Below the pieces are notes generated by a model. The model ran no database searches. It had not been told where the DNA came from and saw nothing but the letters and a program-made list of their open reading frames with translations. This document shows positions 15,358 to 24,734 of a stretch of DNA of 52,363 nt, in pieces. Both the position numbers and the translations under genes were made by a program. Each line of letters begins with the position of its first letter. Within the stretch, counting starts at the first letter, position 1. This stretch comes from a virus. Lineage: Duplodnaviria; Caudoviricetes. Where the stretch lies: the IMG/VR virus record IMGVR_UViG_3300020461_000009, positions 1 through 52,363 of that record; one strand, given 5' to 3'.

Positions 15358-15627
15358 TTATTTATAAGAATAATTTGGTTTATCAGAAAACTTACTTCGG
15401 AGTTTTTCTAACATAGCTTGAGTATCTTGCTCAAAACCATCATCTAGTTTTTCTTGTCGTTGCTCTTCAAACATAGAGGTAAATCTGCCACTATAATATT
15501 TTTCTCTAACAAGATTTCGTAAATACTGGCTAGTAGACACACCATTTTTATCGGCTTGTTGTTTTACAAACTCATGCCGATCTGGTTCGAGTTGAAAAAT
15601 TACTCGAACATACTTCTTGTCATCCAT
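15358..15627 (-). CDS. Ribbon-helix-helix (CopG/Arc-like) DNA-binding protein
   Basis: RVIFQLEPDRHEFVKQQADKNGVSTSQYLRNLV; start re-called at MDDKK. Confidence 0.65.
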   Translation of the reverse strand: MDDKKYVRVIFQLEPDRHEFVKQQADKNGVSTSQYLRNLVREKYYSGRFTSMFEEQRQEKLDDGFEQDTQAMLEKLRSKFSDKPNYSYK

Positions 15628-15659
15628 GTTATAAAAATTAGTTAGGTTTGTACAAACCA

Positions 15660-16631
15660 CTAAGTTAAGTTAGTGGCTTGTGTTGATGATATTTCTATTA
15701 TCTCATTTGTAGATGGAAGATCAATAAATATTTTAAAAGGGTCTTCTAATACTTGCTTTATGTAGCTTGTATCTGTACCACACATAAAATGATGTGCAGA
15801 TCTTAATGTATAAGCCCAAGCATCAGCACTATTCCAATAAGAAGATTTAAGAGATCTATCACAAGTTTTTTTATAAAGTAATTGTGCTGCTCTATCTACA
15901 GGTTTAATATCCTTATCCACACCATTAATAGGTGATGCCATTCCGCAAGAAACAATATTTAAAAAATGTATTGCTCTTTCTTTTGGTGTCATATCGTGAT
16001 TTAATTTACGTTTTCCAGATTGATTGTTATAAATCATCTCTGCATAAATTTTTAAAGATGCTGCAATAAAAATATTGCGTGTTTTTGAACAATGCAATTT
16101 ATTTATATAACTTAGAAACTGATTATGTTTTAAATAAGTTTGAGCAACAATACTATCGTGACAGGGTTTTGCAAATTGTTGTACACCTGTAGCTACATTT
16201 ACTCTAGCCATTGCATGACGAATAATAGAACAATCTTTTCTTGTTATAGCGATACCACTTACAGTAATCCTGTCGTGCATAACTCTTGATTTACCGACAT
16301 CCATAATTAGTTTGGATTTGTCTGGTAGATTTTTTACTACTAAAAATGGTTGTGTTAGACCAGTTTTTATAACTGCTAGTAATCTATGTTGACCATTTAC
16401 TAATACGTTTTCTGTATTAAAACAAATAGCAGAATCAGAGAGAATAAAACGATCAGTTTTCATTTCTTTTTCTAATTCCAAAATATTATTTAGGACAACT
16501 TTTCTATTATTTTTAAAATTACGACCCATATAAATTTGAGCCTGTTCTGGCGTAATAAATTCGATACCTACTTGAACATCTTTGTACTGCTCAGTAAGTT
16601 TAGAAGTAATTTCTTGTGCTGTTAGTGTCAT
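15660..16631 (-). CDS. ParB/Srx-like (DGQHR-type) domain protein
   Basis: ITPEQA...NNR...LVNGQHRLLA; start re-called downstream of the promoter. Confidence 0.65.
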   Translation of the reverse strand: MTLTAQEITSKLTEQYKDVQVGIEFITPEQAQIYMGRNFKNNRKVVLNNILELEKEMKTDRFILSDSAICFNTENVLVNGQHRLLAVIKTGLTQPFLVVKNLPDKSKLIMDVGKSRVMHDRITVSGIAITRKDCSIIRHAMARVNVATGVQQFAKPCHDSIVAQTYLKHNQFLSYINKLHCSKTRNIFIAASLKIYAEMIYNNQSGKRKLNHDMTPKERAIHFLNIVSCGMASPINGVDKDIKPVDRAAQLLYKKTCDRSLKSSYWNSADAWAYTLRSAHHFMCGTDTSYIKQVLEDPFKIFIDLPSTNEIIEISSTQATNLT

Positions 16632-16653
16632 CACTTTTGCGATCTGTAACATC

Positions 16654-16682
16654 ACTATATAAATAGAATCTAGTTATGTCAA
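16654..16682 (-). promoter_or_regulatory. Sigma70-type promoter
   Basis: TTGACA-N17-TATAGT. Confidence 0.75.
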
Positions 16683-16716
16683 CAAATTTATCTGTCTAGT
16701 TTTCCACACTATGACA

Positions 16717-18405
16717 TCAGAACCCGAAAAACTTGTCATCATTGTAGTTATTTCTAGGTTTTTGCTTCTTTCTAAGTTCCCATCTTTTCTTAGCCCAAAA
16801 TTGATTATGACCACGTTTCTCTGCGAGTCTCATCCAATCTTTTAGAGTCTTACAACTCCATTCTTCTAATTTTTTTCTACGTTGTTGTTCTGATCTAATT
16901 ACAGCAATATCATCTATCTCTACTTCTGCTAATCTTACTAAACTTAAAAATTGTTCTGTAAATTTTTTCTTAGCATAATCTGTATGTTTTGAATGAATAC
17001 CATACAAGTCTTTTTTACAAAAATCTTTAAATTGTAGCTCTGTAAAACATTTAGCTTTTGGATTCTTTCTGTTTAGTGAAAACTGAAAACCTGTTTTTCT
17101 TTGGTCATCATCCCAAGCATAAAAATATAATTTTGCACCAGTAGATTTTTCAATAATTGGATCTCCCTCATCTAATCTCAGTTCTTTCTTCATCTTTACT
17201 AACTCTCCATCCTCGTATGTAATTTCTCTTTTTCTTATTTCTTTTTGATGTCCACATACAGGGCATATTGGTTGTGGTCTATATACTGCAAAACAAACCT
17301 CGCAAGTTTCTACTGCTGGTGCAAGTTCTCCTTTTCTTTTTGTTTTTGCTTTCTGGTGTAGATCAAACTCTCTAACATCATCAACAAATCCATGACGTTT
17401 TGTATTGCCTACATGATCTAAAACTATTGCAACTTTATTAGGTTCTGGCCTTAGAACTCTGCCTACCTGTTGTATATATAAAGCTTCTGATTGTGTCGGT
17501 CTAAGAAGAATAGCGACATAGCATCCCTCAACGTCAAATCCCTCACTAACTACGTCTATAGAAACTAATATCTGTACCTTTCCATCTTTAAAATTATCTA
17601 TTAATGTTTTTCTCTCGTCAGATTTCATAGAACCTGTTATAAGTTCTGCTGTATATCCAGCTTGTTTAAATTTATTAGTTACATACTGTCCATGCTTTAC
17701 TGATATGCAAAATGCTATAGCTGGTTTGTTCTTTCCAAGTCTTCGGTAATTCTCTACTGCATCACCAACAATATCAACCTTGTCTAACTCATCTTCTACC
17801 TCTTTTTTGCTGTAATCACCTCTAATTGTCCTTATTTTGTCTAAATTTAGCTTATTTGGTGGTGCATATACTTCATGTTCAGCTAAATATTTTTGTTCTA
17901 CAAGTTCTGGAATAGTAGAGCCAACTATTAGATCATCAAATATTTCTCCTAACCCTGCACCTGTCATTCTCATAGGTGTAGCAGTTACTCCAAGTCTTAT
18001 TGCTTTTTTGTAAAAATTAAATATTTTTCGCCAAGAATTAGCTACTGAGTGATGAGCTTCATCAATAATTATTAAATCAAACTGATCTGGATTGTTAAGT
18101 CTATTAATTAAAGTTTGCACAGAAGCAACTTGTACATTACTCTTAGATTCCTTACGGCCTGCTGCAATTATTCCATACTTAACATCAGCTTTAGTTAATT
18201 TATCGCCAGCCTGATCTATTAATTCTTTTCGGTGTACGAGTATAAGAACATTAGAATCTTTTAACCCTGCAAGTCTTGTTATTTCAGAAAATATAACAGT
18301 CTTGCCAGCACCTGTAGGAAGAGTAAGCAGCACATTTTTGTTGCCCGCTTTGAAGGACTTTCTTATGTTAGAGATTGCTAAATTTTGGTAATCCCTTAGT
18401 TGCAT
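16717..18405 (-). CDS. Superfamily 2 DExH helicase (RadD/YejH-like) with C-terminal Zn ribbon
   Basis: LRDYQ, PTGAGKT, DEAHH, TATP, QQVGRVLR, CxxC...CPxC. Confidence 0.9.
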   Translation of the reverse strand: MQLRDYQNLAISNIRKSFKAGNKNVLLTLPTGAGKTVIFSEITRLAGLKDSNVLILVHRKELIDQAGDKLTKADVKYGIIAAGRKESKSNVQVASVQTLINRLNNPDQFDLIIIDEAHHSVANSWRKIFNFYKKAIRLGVTATPMRMTGAGLGEIFDDLIVGSTIPELVEQKYLAEHEVYAPPNKLNLDKIRTIRGDYSKKEVEDELDKVDIVGDAVENYRRLGKNKPAIAFCISVKHGQYVTNKFKQAGYTAELITGSMKSDERKTLIDNFKDGKVQILVSIDVVSEGFDVEGCYVAILLRPTQSEALYIQQVGRVLRPEPNKVAIVLDHVGNTKRHGFVDDVREFDLHQKAKTKRKGELAPAVETCEVCFAVYRPQPICPVCGHQKEIRKREITYEDGELVKMKKELRLDEGDPIIEKSTGAKLYFYAWDDDQRKTGFQFSLNRKNPKAKCFTELQFKDFCKKDLYGIHSKHTDYAKKKFTEQFLSLVRLAEVEIDDIAVIRSEQQRRKKLEEWSCKTLKDWMRLAEKRGHNQFWAKKRWELRKKQKPRNNYNDDKFFGF

Positions 18406-18409
18406 AAGG

Positions 18410-18455
18410 TTGACATTTGTTGCCCTATACTATAATATGTTGTTATATGTGTCAA
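18410..18455. promoter_or_regulatory. Overlapping divergent sigma70 promoters
   Basis: Plus: TTGACA(18410)-N17-TAATAT; minus: TTGACA(18455)-N17-TAGTAT; at the transcription switch point. Confidence 0.7.
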
Positions 18456-18462
18456 GTAATTT

Positions 18463-18699
18463 ATGAAAGAGCCTAACAACTGGAGCAAAATGCAAAAAGA
18501 AACAAGCGAAGAGTTTGTAGATAAATTATTGCTTCATGTAAGAACTAATAATTTTGAGGCGTTTTGTTTCGCTGTTGATCGTGGTATGTGGTATTACGGC
18601 CAAGAAAAACTTACCTATCTTATGCACAAAAAACTTCTTGCAAAAATATATGAATGTGGTGAGTTAGATAAATTTCTTAAGTGGGGAGAAAAATTCTAA
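18463..18699 (+). CDS. Hypothetical protein
   Basis: 78 aa; first gene of the plus-strand operon. Confidence 0.7.
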   Translation: MKEPNNWSKMQKETSEEFVDKLLLHVRTNNFEAFCFAVDRGMWYYGQEKLTYLMHKKLLAKIYECGELDKFLKWGEKF

Positions 18700-19541
18700 T
18701 GATATATAAACCACTTGTAATGTCTAACGAAGAGTATCATGGCAAGACTAAGTACGAGTCTTCTTCTACTATTCGTAAAGTATTAACTAGCCCTAAAAAA
18801 TATCTTTACGATAAAACTGCTGAATCTGTGCCTACTAAAGCTATGGAAGAAGGTACTGCTGTGCATACATTCTTTTTAGAAAATGAATTGTTCAAGAATA
18901 GATATTGTTTTAAACCTAAAGCATTTAATGGTAGAACTAAAGAAGGTAAGCAATGGATGGAAGAACATGGTCATCTAAATATATTGGCTGCTGAGTGGGA
19001 AGAAAATCTAATCCACATGAACCATAGTTTTTTAGATAGTCCAGCAAAAATAATTTACGATAGAAAAGGATTAACAGAATTAAGCTATTTTAGTGAAGAT
19101 TTAGGCGGAATAAGAGCAAAATGTAGACCTGATTGGATTTCTAGCGATGGTCATACAGTAGTAGATTTAAAAACTACACAAGATGCAAGTCCTAAAGGTT
19201 TTCAAAAATCTATAGCAAACTTTGGCTACCATATTCAAAGTTCATGGTATATGCGAGTCCTTAAAAACTTAGATGTACCTGTAAAAGAATTTATATTTAT
19301 TGCTATAGAAAAAACAGCACCTTTTTGTGTTGGTGTTTATCGTGCTAGTGAAGAAATGCTAGAAGAAGGCAATAAGAAAGTAGATGAAGCTATTGACAAA
19401 ATATTATGGTGTAAAGAAAACGATAGCTACCCAGACTATACTCCTAACGAAATAGAAACAATCGACTTACCTCCTTGGATGAAGAAAAAACAACAACCAG
19501 AATACGACCCTAATTTAGATCAGGAGATTCAACTTTACTGA
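18699..19541 (+). CDS. recE: RecE-like exonuclease VIII (PD-(D/E)XK, DUF3799 type)
   Basis: GTAVHTFFLE, KCRPD, VDLKTT, YHIQSSWY. Confidence 0.85.
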   Translation: MIYKPLVMSNEEYHGKTKYESSSTIRKVLTSPKKYLYDKTAESVPTKAMEEGTAVHTFFLENELFKNRYCFKPKAFNGRTKEGKQWMEEHGHLNILAAEWEENLIHMNHSFLDSPAKIIYDRKGLTELSYFSEDLGGIRAKCRPDWISSDGHTVVDLKTTQDASPKGFQKSIANFGYHIQSSWYMRVLKNLDVPVKEFIFIAIEKTAPFCVGVYRASEEMLEEGNKKVDEAIDKILWCKENDSYPDYTPNEIETIDLPPWMKKKQQPEYDPNLDQEIQLY

Positions 19542-19672
19542 TGAGAAAAGAATTTCCCTATGACCCTTATGAGGGCATGGTCTTTTACGACCCAGAAACA
19601 GAAAAAACTTGGGTGTTTGCTCGTGACGAGTGGGTAGACATCACTTATGAGGACATTACCTATGACATCTGA
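19541..19672 (+). CDS. Small hypothetical protein, 43 aa (MRKEFPYDPYEGMVFYDPET...)
   Basis: Not in ORF track; TGATG coupling to recE; translated by hand. Confidence 0.6.
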   Translation: MRKEFPYDPYEGMVFYDPETEKTWVFARDEWVDITYEDITYDI

Positions 19673-20282
19673 AATTACAAAAACTAATCAAGAGGGCGAG
19701 TCCTCTATATATCAAAGCACCGAGTCTTTTGAGTTTGCTCAAAGACAAGCTAAAAGTCTTGCAGAATCTAACCTTGTGCCAATAAGCTATCAAGGTCAAA
19801 AAGGATTATCTAACTGCCTTGTTGCATTAGAAATGAGTAAGAGAATGAATCTTAGTCCTCTTACAGTAATGCAAAATCTAAATATTATTCATGGCAGACC
19901 AAGTTGGAGTGCTGCTTTTGTATCTAGTCAAATATTAGGCTGCAATAGATTTAAAAACTTTGACTATATTGTTACTGGAAAAGATGATACTTTATCTGTG
20001 CAATGCCAAGCTATAAGACTAGAAGATAACAAGTTAGTAAAAGGAACAGCAGTAACAATGAAGATGGCGAGACAAGAAGGCTGGACTAAAAATAGTAAAT
20101 ATCAATCAATGCCAGAACTAATGCTCAGAAACAGGGCTGCTACTTTCTTCGGTAGACAATACATACCTGATTTGTTGTTAGGTGTGCAAACTAGCGAAGA
20201 GGTAGTCGATATACAACCTATAGACGTTACTACAAGTAATGTTGAGGTAGTACAGGAGGCTAAAGATGACTTCGGATTCTAA
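19662..20282 (+). CDS. recT: RecT-like ssDNA annealing protein
   Basis: LVP.SY..., MQNLNIIHGRPSWSA, PELMLRNRAA; follows recE. Confidence 0.75.
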   Translation: MTSEITKTNQEGESSIYQSTESFEFAQRQAKSLAESNLVPISYQGQKGLSNCLVALEMSKRMNLSPLTVMQNLNIIHGRPSWSAAFVSSQILGCNRFKNFDYIVTGKDDTLSVQCQAIRLEDNKLVKGTAVTMKMARQEGWTKNSKYQSMPELMLRNRAATFFGRQYIPDLLLGVQTSEEVVDIQPIDVTTSNVEVVQEAKDDFGF

Positions 20283-20457
20283 GAAAGAGTTTTTAACACC
20301 TAGCGAACTTGCTGAAAGATGGCGAGTTCATATTGGTTCTGTTGAAAGATGGAGAAGAGAAGGCAAACCGCCTTCTTTCTACACCATCAATGGAAAGATC
20401 CTCTATAAGTTGGCTGAGATAGAGGATTTAGAATCAGCCAAACGTCAATCCAATTAA
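20266..20457 (+). CDS. Excisionase/MerR-like HTH protein
   Basis: FLTPSELAERW...WRREGKPP...ILY. Confidence 0.8.
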   Translation: MTSDSKKEFLTPSELAERWRVHIGSVERWRREGKPPSFYTINGKILYKLAEIEDLESAKRQSN

Positions 20458-20466
20458 TTTTTATCT

Positions 20467-20850
20467 ATGGACTTTAAATTACCACTTGCAGTTTTCTCAC
20501 AAGATGCAGAAGACCACAAAAAGCGTTACAAGGAGAACTACGATCCTAATAAAAACTATCCTAAGTATTCTGGTGTTATGCAGATTACAGAGGCCGATAT
20601 TATCAAGCTATGTGAGTATGTACAGAAAGCAAAGCCAGAACATAGCGACTTTCATGGAGAAGGTGTAGTTACTATTAGAGCTACTGGCTATCTTAACGAG
20701 AGTAAGATGGGCAAAAAGTATATCGGTCTTAACCTAGAGCCTGACTATAAAACGATGAAAGCTATAGAGGAAGCTGATGCGAATGACTCTGCGAGTCCCT
20801 CACCTGCACCTAGAACAGTAGACAAAAAAGAAGAGGAGTTTCCTTTTTAA
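20467..20850 (+). CDS. Putative ssDNA-binding protein
   Basis: P.YSG, G.KY..L motifs and acidic EEEFPF tail; within the recombination operon. Confidence 0.6.
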   Translation: MDFKLPLAVFSQDAEDHKKRYKENYDPNKNYPKYSGVMQITEADIIKLCEYVQKAKPEHSDFHGEGVVTIRATGYLNESKMGKKYIGLNLEPDYKTMKAIEEADANDSASPSPAPRTVDKKEEEFPF

Positions 20851-20854
20851 ATAT

Positions 20855-20900
20855 GGGGCTGTAAGAGTTTTTGGTGAGTTTTTCTCTTATGTAAGCCCCC
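20855..20900 (+). ncRNA. Hairpin with GG-CT / GUAAGC-CC internal loop (possible terminator or RNA element)
   Basis: GGGG-CT-GTAAGAG...CTCTTAT-GTAAGC-CCCC. Confidence 0.45.
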
Positions 20901-20941
20901 TCACTTTTACTAGATTTTAAGCCAAATTAAGCTAAAATAGA

Positions 20942-21346
20942 ATGAAATTATCCTTATCTATGCCTTTAACTTTTAATAGTAAACAAATTGATAAAGTTGT
21001 TACGATTGATGATGTCGGGTCTTTATCTAATCCAGAAGTTTTGTTGTTGAAAGATGAGCTAATGACAGCTATCAACAATATGGATAACTATATTAAGAAA
21101 TTTAAACAAGAAAAACAAGAAAAATACGATAAAGATTGGCATCAAAAAGTAAGACGCAAACAACAGGTATGCAAAGCTTTTTTATCTCAACTTATAAGCC
21201 TAGATCACGATGAAAGTCTATTCCGATCTATTTATGATAAACATTTTTCTAAAATTATCTTAGAATATATAGATAGAAACGACTTTAGAATTATTCACGA
21301 CAAAGCACGTTCTTTAGCTATTGCTGAATTAGAAAAAATAACATGA
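20942..21346 (+). CDS. Hypothetical protein
   Basis: 134-aa ORF; start may be 20960. Confidence 0.75.
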   Translation: MKLSLSMPLTFNSKQIDKVVTIDDVGSLSNPEVLLLKDELMTAINNMDNYIKKFKQEKQEKYDKDWHQKVRRKQQVCKAFLSQLISLDHDESLFRSIYDKHFSKIILEYIDRNDFRIIHDKARSLAIAELEKIT

Positions 21347-21645
21347 CACCTAAATACGTTAACGGAAAAAGAAGTAACAAATCAGAATTAAAATTGCAAA
21401 AATTAAAAGAAAACAAGCTAGAAGAATTAGCAAAAAAATTAGATTCTGATATTAGAGGTTACGATCATATTGTTCAATATGCAGACAATCATACTGCGAG
21501 TCTTCGTAGTGATTGGGTTGATGAAAATATTAGAACTATTATTATGAAACATAATTATCAAGTTAATAAAGTTTCAAAAATGTTAATTCGTGATTTTACA
21601 GCCAAAGAACAGGAGGCAGTTGACAATGCAATCACAGAATTTTAG
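21343..21645 (+). CDS. Hypothetical protein
   Basis: 100 aa, ATGA coupling. Confidence 0.7.
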   Translation: MTPKYVNGKRSNKSELKLQKLKENKLEELAKKLDSDIRGYDHIVQYADNHTASLRSDWVDENIRTIIMKHNYQVNKVSKMLIRDFTAKEQEAVDNAITEF

Positions 21646-21853
21646 AGATAAAGAATTATTAGCAATGACACCTGATATGGAAGGTGTTACAAGACCACAA
21701 AAAGATAAAAAAACTAAAAAATTTACTTTTATTGTTAAAGGTATTGGGATAGGAACTGCACCAATGAAAATATCAACATATGCAGAAACACAAGCTAAAG
21801 CTGTTAAATATATTAAAGCTAGATGGAAAAATTGTAGTTACGAATTGATATAA
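21626..21853 (+). CDS. Hypothetical protein
   Basis: Start re-called at MQSQN after AGGAGG. Confidence 0.7.
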   Translation: MQSQNFRDKELLAMTPDMEGVTRPQKDKKTKKFTFIVKGIGIGTAPMKISTYAETQAKAVKYIKARWKNCSYELI

Positions 21854-21869
21854 AAAAAGTAAAAAAATC

Positions 21870-22055
21870 TTGTATGTCACACATTTAGCCTGCAAAGGTA
21901 ATTTTGGAGTCCAGCCAATATATTATGGTCTTACATATAAATTTAAAGGTTGGTTTTATGACGGAAAAGTTGTCTATCTTAGCAAAACATTTGAAACACG
22001 ATCAGAGGCACAAGCTGAAGCAGAAAGAATCAGGAGAAATTGTATGTTGCGGTAA
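21870..22055 (+). CDS. Small hypothetical protein (possible AP2-like DNA-binding fold)
   Basis: GW.YDGK.VYL.K.FET..EA..A pattern. Confidence 0.45.
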   Translation: MYVTHLACKGNFGVQPIYYGLTYKFKGWFYDGKVVYLSKTFETRSEAQAEAERIRRNCMLR

Positions 22056-22133
22056 TCATGTATTTAGAGTTATAAATGGAAAAAGATACTGGCTTAGTCC
22101 TCCTCCTAATGATTACGAACCATAAATACAAAA

Positions 22134-22448
22134 ATGGCATCTCTTAGATACCATGCTGGTCGCATGGTTCTTTATGAGGAAGAGCCTACTGTATGGCGAG
22201 TAAAAATTAAAACAAAAAAAGGTAAATTAAATTTACCCTTACAAGCAAAAGAATTAGAGCCTGCACTAATAGAAGCAGAATATTTATATGCTGACGCTAG
22301 ATGTATGAGCAGAGATCATCCTTATTGTATAGATTGTATACATCATCATGTAATAAAAGCAGAATGTAGTCTTGGTTTACCAGAAGGCAAAGCTAGTGGT
22401 GGAGTATGGGCTAAAGACTGCGCTTACTTTTGGGAAAGGAAGATTTAG
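22134..22448 (+). CDS. Hypothetical protein with C-terminal Cys cluster
   Basis: CIDC...C...C motif. Confidence 0.7.
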   Translation: MASLRYHAGRMVLYEEEPTVWRVKIKTKKGKLNLPLQAKELEPALIEAEYLYADARCMSRDHPYCIDCIHHHVIKAECSLGLPEGKASGGVWAKDCAYFWERKI

Positions 22449-22683
22449 TATCTTTTCTATCTATATAATCTCCAGCTTGATTTATTATTTTTACTAACCT
22501 AAAATTTTCTTTAGCAAAAGCACTAATAAGATCTGGTATGTCATCAGGATCGACAGTATCAATAATATGACGTAAAAATACTTCAACGTATAATTCTTCT
22601 TCTAATGAAACTTCAGCTAATACCCAAGGCTCAACCTTGCGCCTTCTTTTAGCTTGTTTATCAAACCAATTAGACCAAGGCAT
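22411..22683 (-). CDS. Hypothetical protein
   Basis: Within ORF 22411-22695; convergent with the plus operon. Confidence 0.65.
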   Translation of the reverse strand: MPWSNWFDKQAKRRRKVEPWVLAEVSLEEELYVEVFLRHIIDTVDPDDIPDLISAFAKENFRLVKIINQAGDYIDRKDTKSSFPKSKRSL

Positions 22684-22777
22684 TACAAGTTTCATTACAA
22701 GTCCCTTTAAACTAAGACTAGCGTACTGGTCATATAAGGCAACAAAGCTATACTTAGCTTAGTTACACCTACACATT

Positions 22778-22840
22778 ATGCCAGGTCATTACGGAACAGG
22801 AATGAAGAAGAAAAAGAAGAAAAAAGGCGGTAAAAAATAA
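22778..22840 (+). CDS. 20-aa poly-lysine peptide MPGHYGTGMKKKKKKKGGKK
   Basis: Translated by hand; resembles tiny basic peptides recalled from marine phages. Confidence 0.55.
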   Translation: MPGHYGTGMKKKKKKKGGKK

Positions 22841-23002
22841 TTACCTACCTGGAAACAAAGCTTTTTCTAACGCATCAACTAATCTGTCATCAACTGTATT
22901 GTCAGTTTTTTTGACCATAGCTCGTACTATATCAAGTGCGAGTTTTTTTAATGCTTTTCCACGAAGAAAAGCAAAAATAATTGGCTCGATAATTTTTAGC
23001 AT
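22841..23002 (-). CDS. 53-aa amphipathic protein (TDNTVDD motif), possibly lysis-associated
   Basis: Translated by hand: MLKIIEPIIFAFLRGKALKKLALDIVRAMVKKTDNTVDDRLVDALEKALFPGR. Confidence 0.65.
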   Translation of the reverse strand: MLKIIEPIIFAFLRGKALKKLALDIVRAMVKKTDNTVDDRLVDALEKALFPGR

Positions 23003-23087
23003 AATTTTTTTTATGTTGCTAGATTAATACTAGCTCACTCCTCACACATAGAGCTATAGCCTCTTCTACTGGTCATAAAGGAAGAGG

Positions 23088-23318
23088 CTATCTTCTTGGC
23101 TTAATCTCTGCAACAGCAAGCTCCACTTCCTTTAGTCGATGAAATACCTCTTTCATGTCATCGTGCATATCATCTATTTTTGTTGTTAATAATTCTATAG
23201 CTGTTGTATTTCGCACAAGATCATCTCTCGATTGTCTACCCCTATAAGATATTGATCCCACAGATACAAAACACGCTGTAAGTAATGCCCCACCTGTTGC
23301 TGCTATTACTTCAATCAC
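23088..23318 (-). CDS. Membrane-anchored coiled-coil protein
   Basis: GTG start re-called; N-terminal hydrophobic helix followed by coiled coil. Confidence 0.6.
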   Translation of the reverse strand: MIEVIAATGGALLTACFVSVGSISYRGRQSRDDLVRNTTAIELLTTKIDDMHDDMKEVFHRLKEVELAVAEIKPRR

Positions 23319-23360
23319 TTTACGAGTCCTCGATCTATGTCTATTATACAGAAAAAGGCT

Positions 23361-23786
23361 ATGGAAAAAGAAAAAATAAAAAATATACCACAAAAAATTA
23401 AAGAAATAGACGATGATAAACCTGATTATCAGGAAAAAATCACGTTTTTAGTTTCTACAGTTGCACAAGGTTTTATATTAACTTGGTGTTTGCTTGTCTT
23501 GTCTTTAGGATATGTAAAGCTTCCTAATAAACTATTTGGTATGGACATACCAGACCAGCCAAGGGTTGACAGTACTTTTGCAGCAGGTCTTTTAGGTAAT
23601 ATTCTTGGAGGTCTAGGCATTTCTGTTAATGCTGCACAAGGTAATAAGAAGAAAAAGAAAGAAGAAGCAGAAAATGGTAATATTAGTAACTCTGCTGGTG
23701 GCGTACAAACTATAATAATAAAGCAGCCACTAGAAATCGTCACAACAAAACCTGACGTAATCAAAGTTGATCCCACAAAAAAATGA
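23361..23786 (+). CDS. Two-TM membrane protein (holin-like candidate)
   Basis: Two hydrophobic segments around DSTF, then a basic KKKKK tail. Confidence 0.6.
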   Translation: MEKEKIKNIPQKIKEIDDDKPDYQEKITFLVSTVAQGFILTWCLLVLSLGYVKLPNKLFGMDIPDQPRVDSTFAAGLLGNILGGLGISVNAAQGNKKKKKEEAENGNISNSAGGVQTIIIKQPLEIVTTKPDVIKVDPTKK

Positions 23787-24304
23787 AAAAACTACTTCCA
23801 TTTATTTTTGCAGTCGTAACTACTCCAACTTATGCCGAGATTACGGCTAAATATGTAACTTCAGCACAAATTTCCATAGATTCGCCTTATGTAATTACTA
23901 ATGCTGCACCATCAAGTTACAGTATTAGTGGAAGTAACATTACCACTTCTACAGGAACAGGAGATAGTGTTGTCACTAATGCAATTGGTGGATTGAATCT
24001 TGGAAGTTTTGGTAATACTGGTACGCCAAACGCAATACATACTAATAAGACAGTTACAAACGCTGGATCTGCTTTTTCTCTAAGCGAAAGTTATCAAGCT
24101 GGTGACGGGACACAAACTGCAATTACACCATCTAGCGGAATAGCAACTTTGCCTGTTCTTGGTGGACAAACTACAGTAATTTCTGGAGGTACTGCTGGAA
24201 ACTTAGCCTTAACCTCTGTATCATCAGGAATCCATACTTGTACGGCTGGTGGAAGTGGTACTAGCTGTATTGGATCTACTACTGTTAGTATAGAAATTGA
24301 CTAA
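23783..24304 (+). CDS. Secreted Ser/Thr/Gly-rich beta-strand protein
   Basis: Signal peptide MKKLLPFIFAVVTTPTYA; two Cys near the C terminus. Confidence 0.75.
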   Translation: MKKLLPFIFAVVTTPTYAEITAKYVTSAQISIDSPYVITNAAPSSYSISGSNITTSTGTGDSVVTNAIGGLNLGSFGNTGTPNAIHTNKTVTNAGSAFSLSESYQAGDGTQTAITPSSGIATLPVLGGQTTVISGGTAGNLALTSVSSGIHTCTAGGSGTSCIGSTTVSIEID

Positions 24305-24734
24305 ACTCTGGCTGCTGCTAGTATTTATATACCCGATCAAGGTTTTTGCTACCCCTGTAGTCCCTCAGTTCAGATCTGGGAGTTCTACGACTTCATCAAC
24401 TTCTGAATCTGTCATAAATGAAACTATAACCAGCTATCAGTATCGAACTGGTTATACATTTAGTGTTTCGGGTCACAATATAGAATCAACAGATATTAAT
24501 GGTTACATCAATCCAACACCTACAAGTGTTAATGAACAAACTGTTGGAGGAGTAAACTTTTCTTGGACTACTTTAGATGGCACAACAAATGCAAGGTGGA
24601 AGGTAGCAGTTCCCGGAAGTTCTTTCAGTTTAGTCGAAAGCGTGATGGCTCCCGGCCTCGATACAGTCACAAATATAACCCGGACTATAACTACGTCAAC
24701 TACCACAGAATCTACAAGTACGTTTGGGCAATAG
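24297..24734 (+). CDS. Secreted Thr/Ser-rich protein (PVVPxF motif)
   Basis: Signal peptide ending VFA; cyanophage-type conserved pattern. Confidence 0.75.
   Translation: MTKLWLLLVFIYPIKVFATPVVPQFRSGSSTTSSTSESVINETITSYQYRTGYTFSVSGHNIESTDINGYINPTPTSVNEQTVGGVNFSWTTLDGTTNARWKVAVPGSSFSLVESVMAPGLDTVTNITRTITTSTTTESTSTFGQ

Noticed and set aside
20266-20457. Xis-like HTH as evidence of integration
   Set aside because: No integrase or att context recognised; such HTH genes are common in recombination operons
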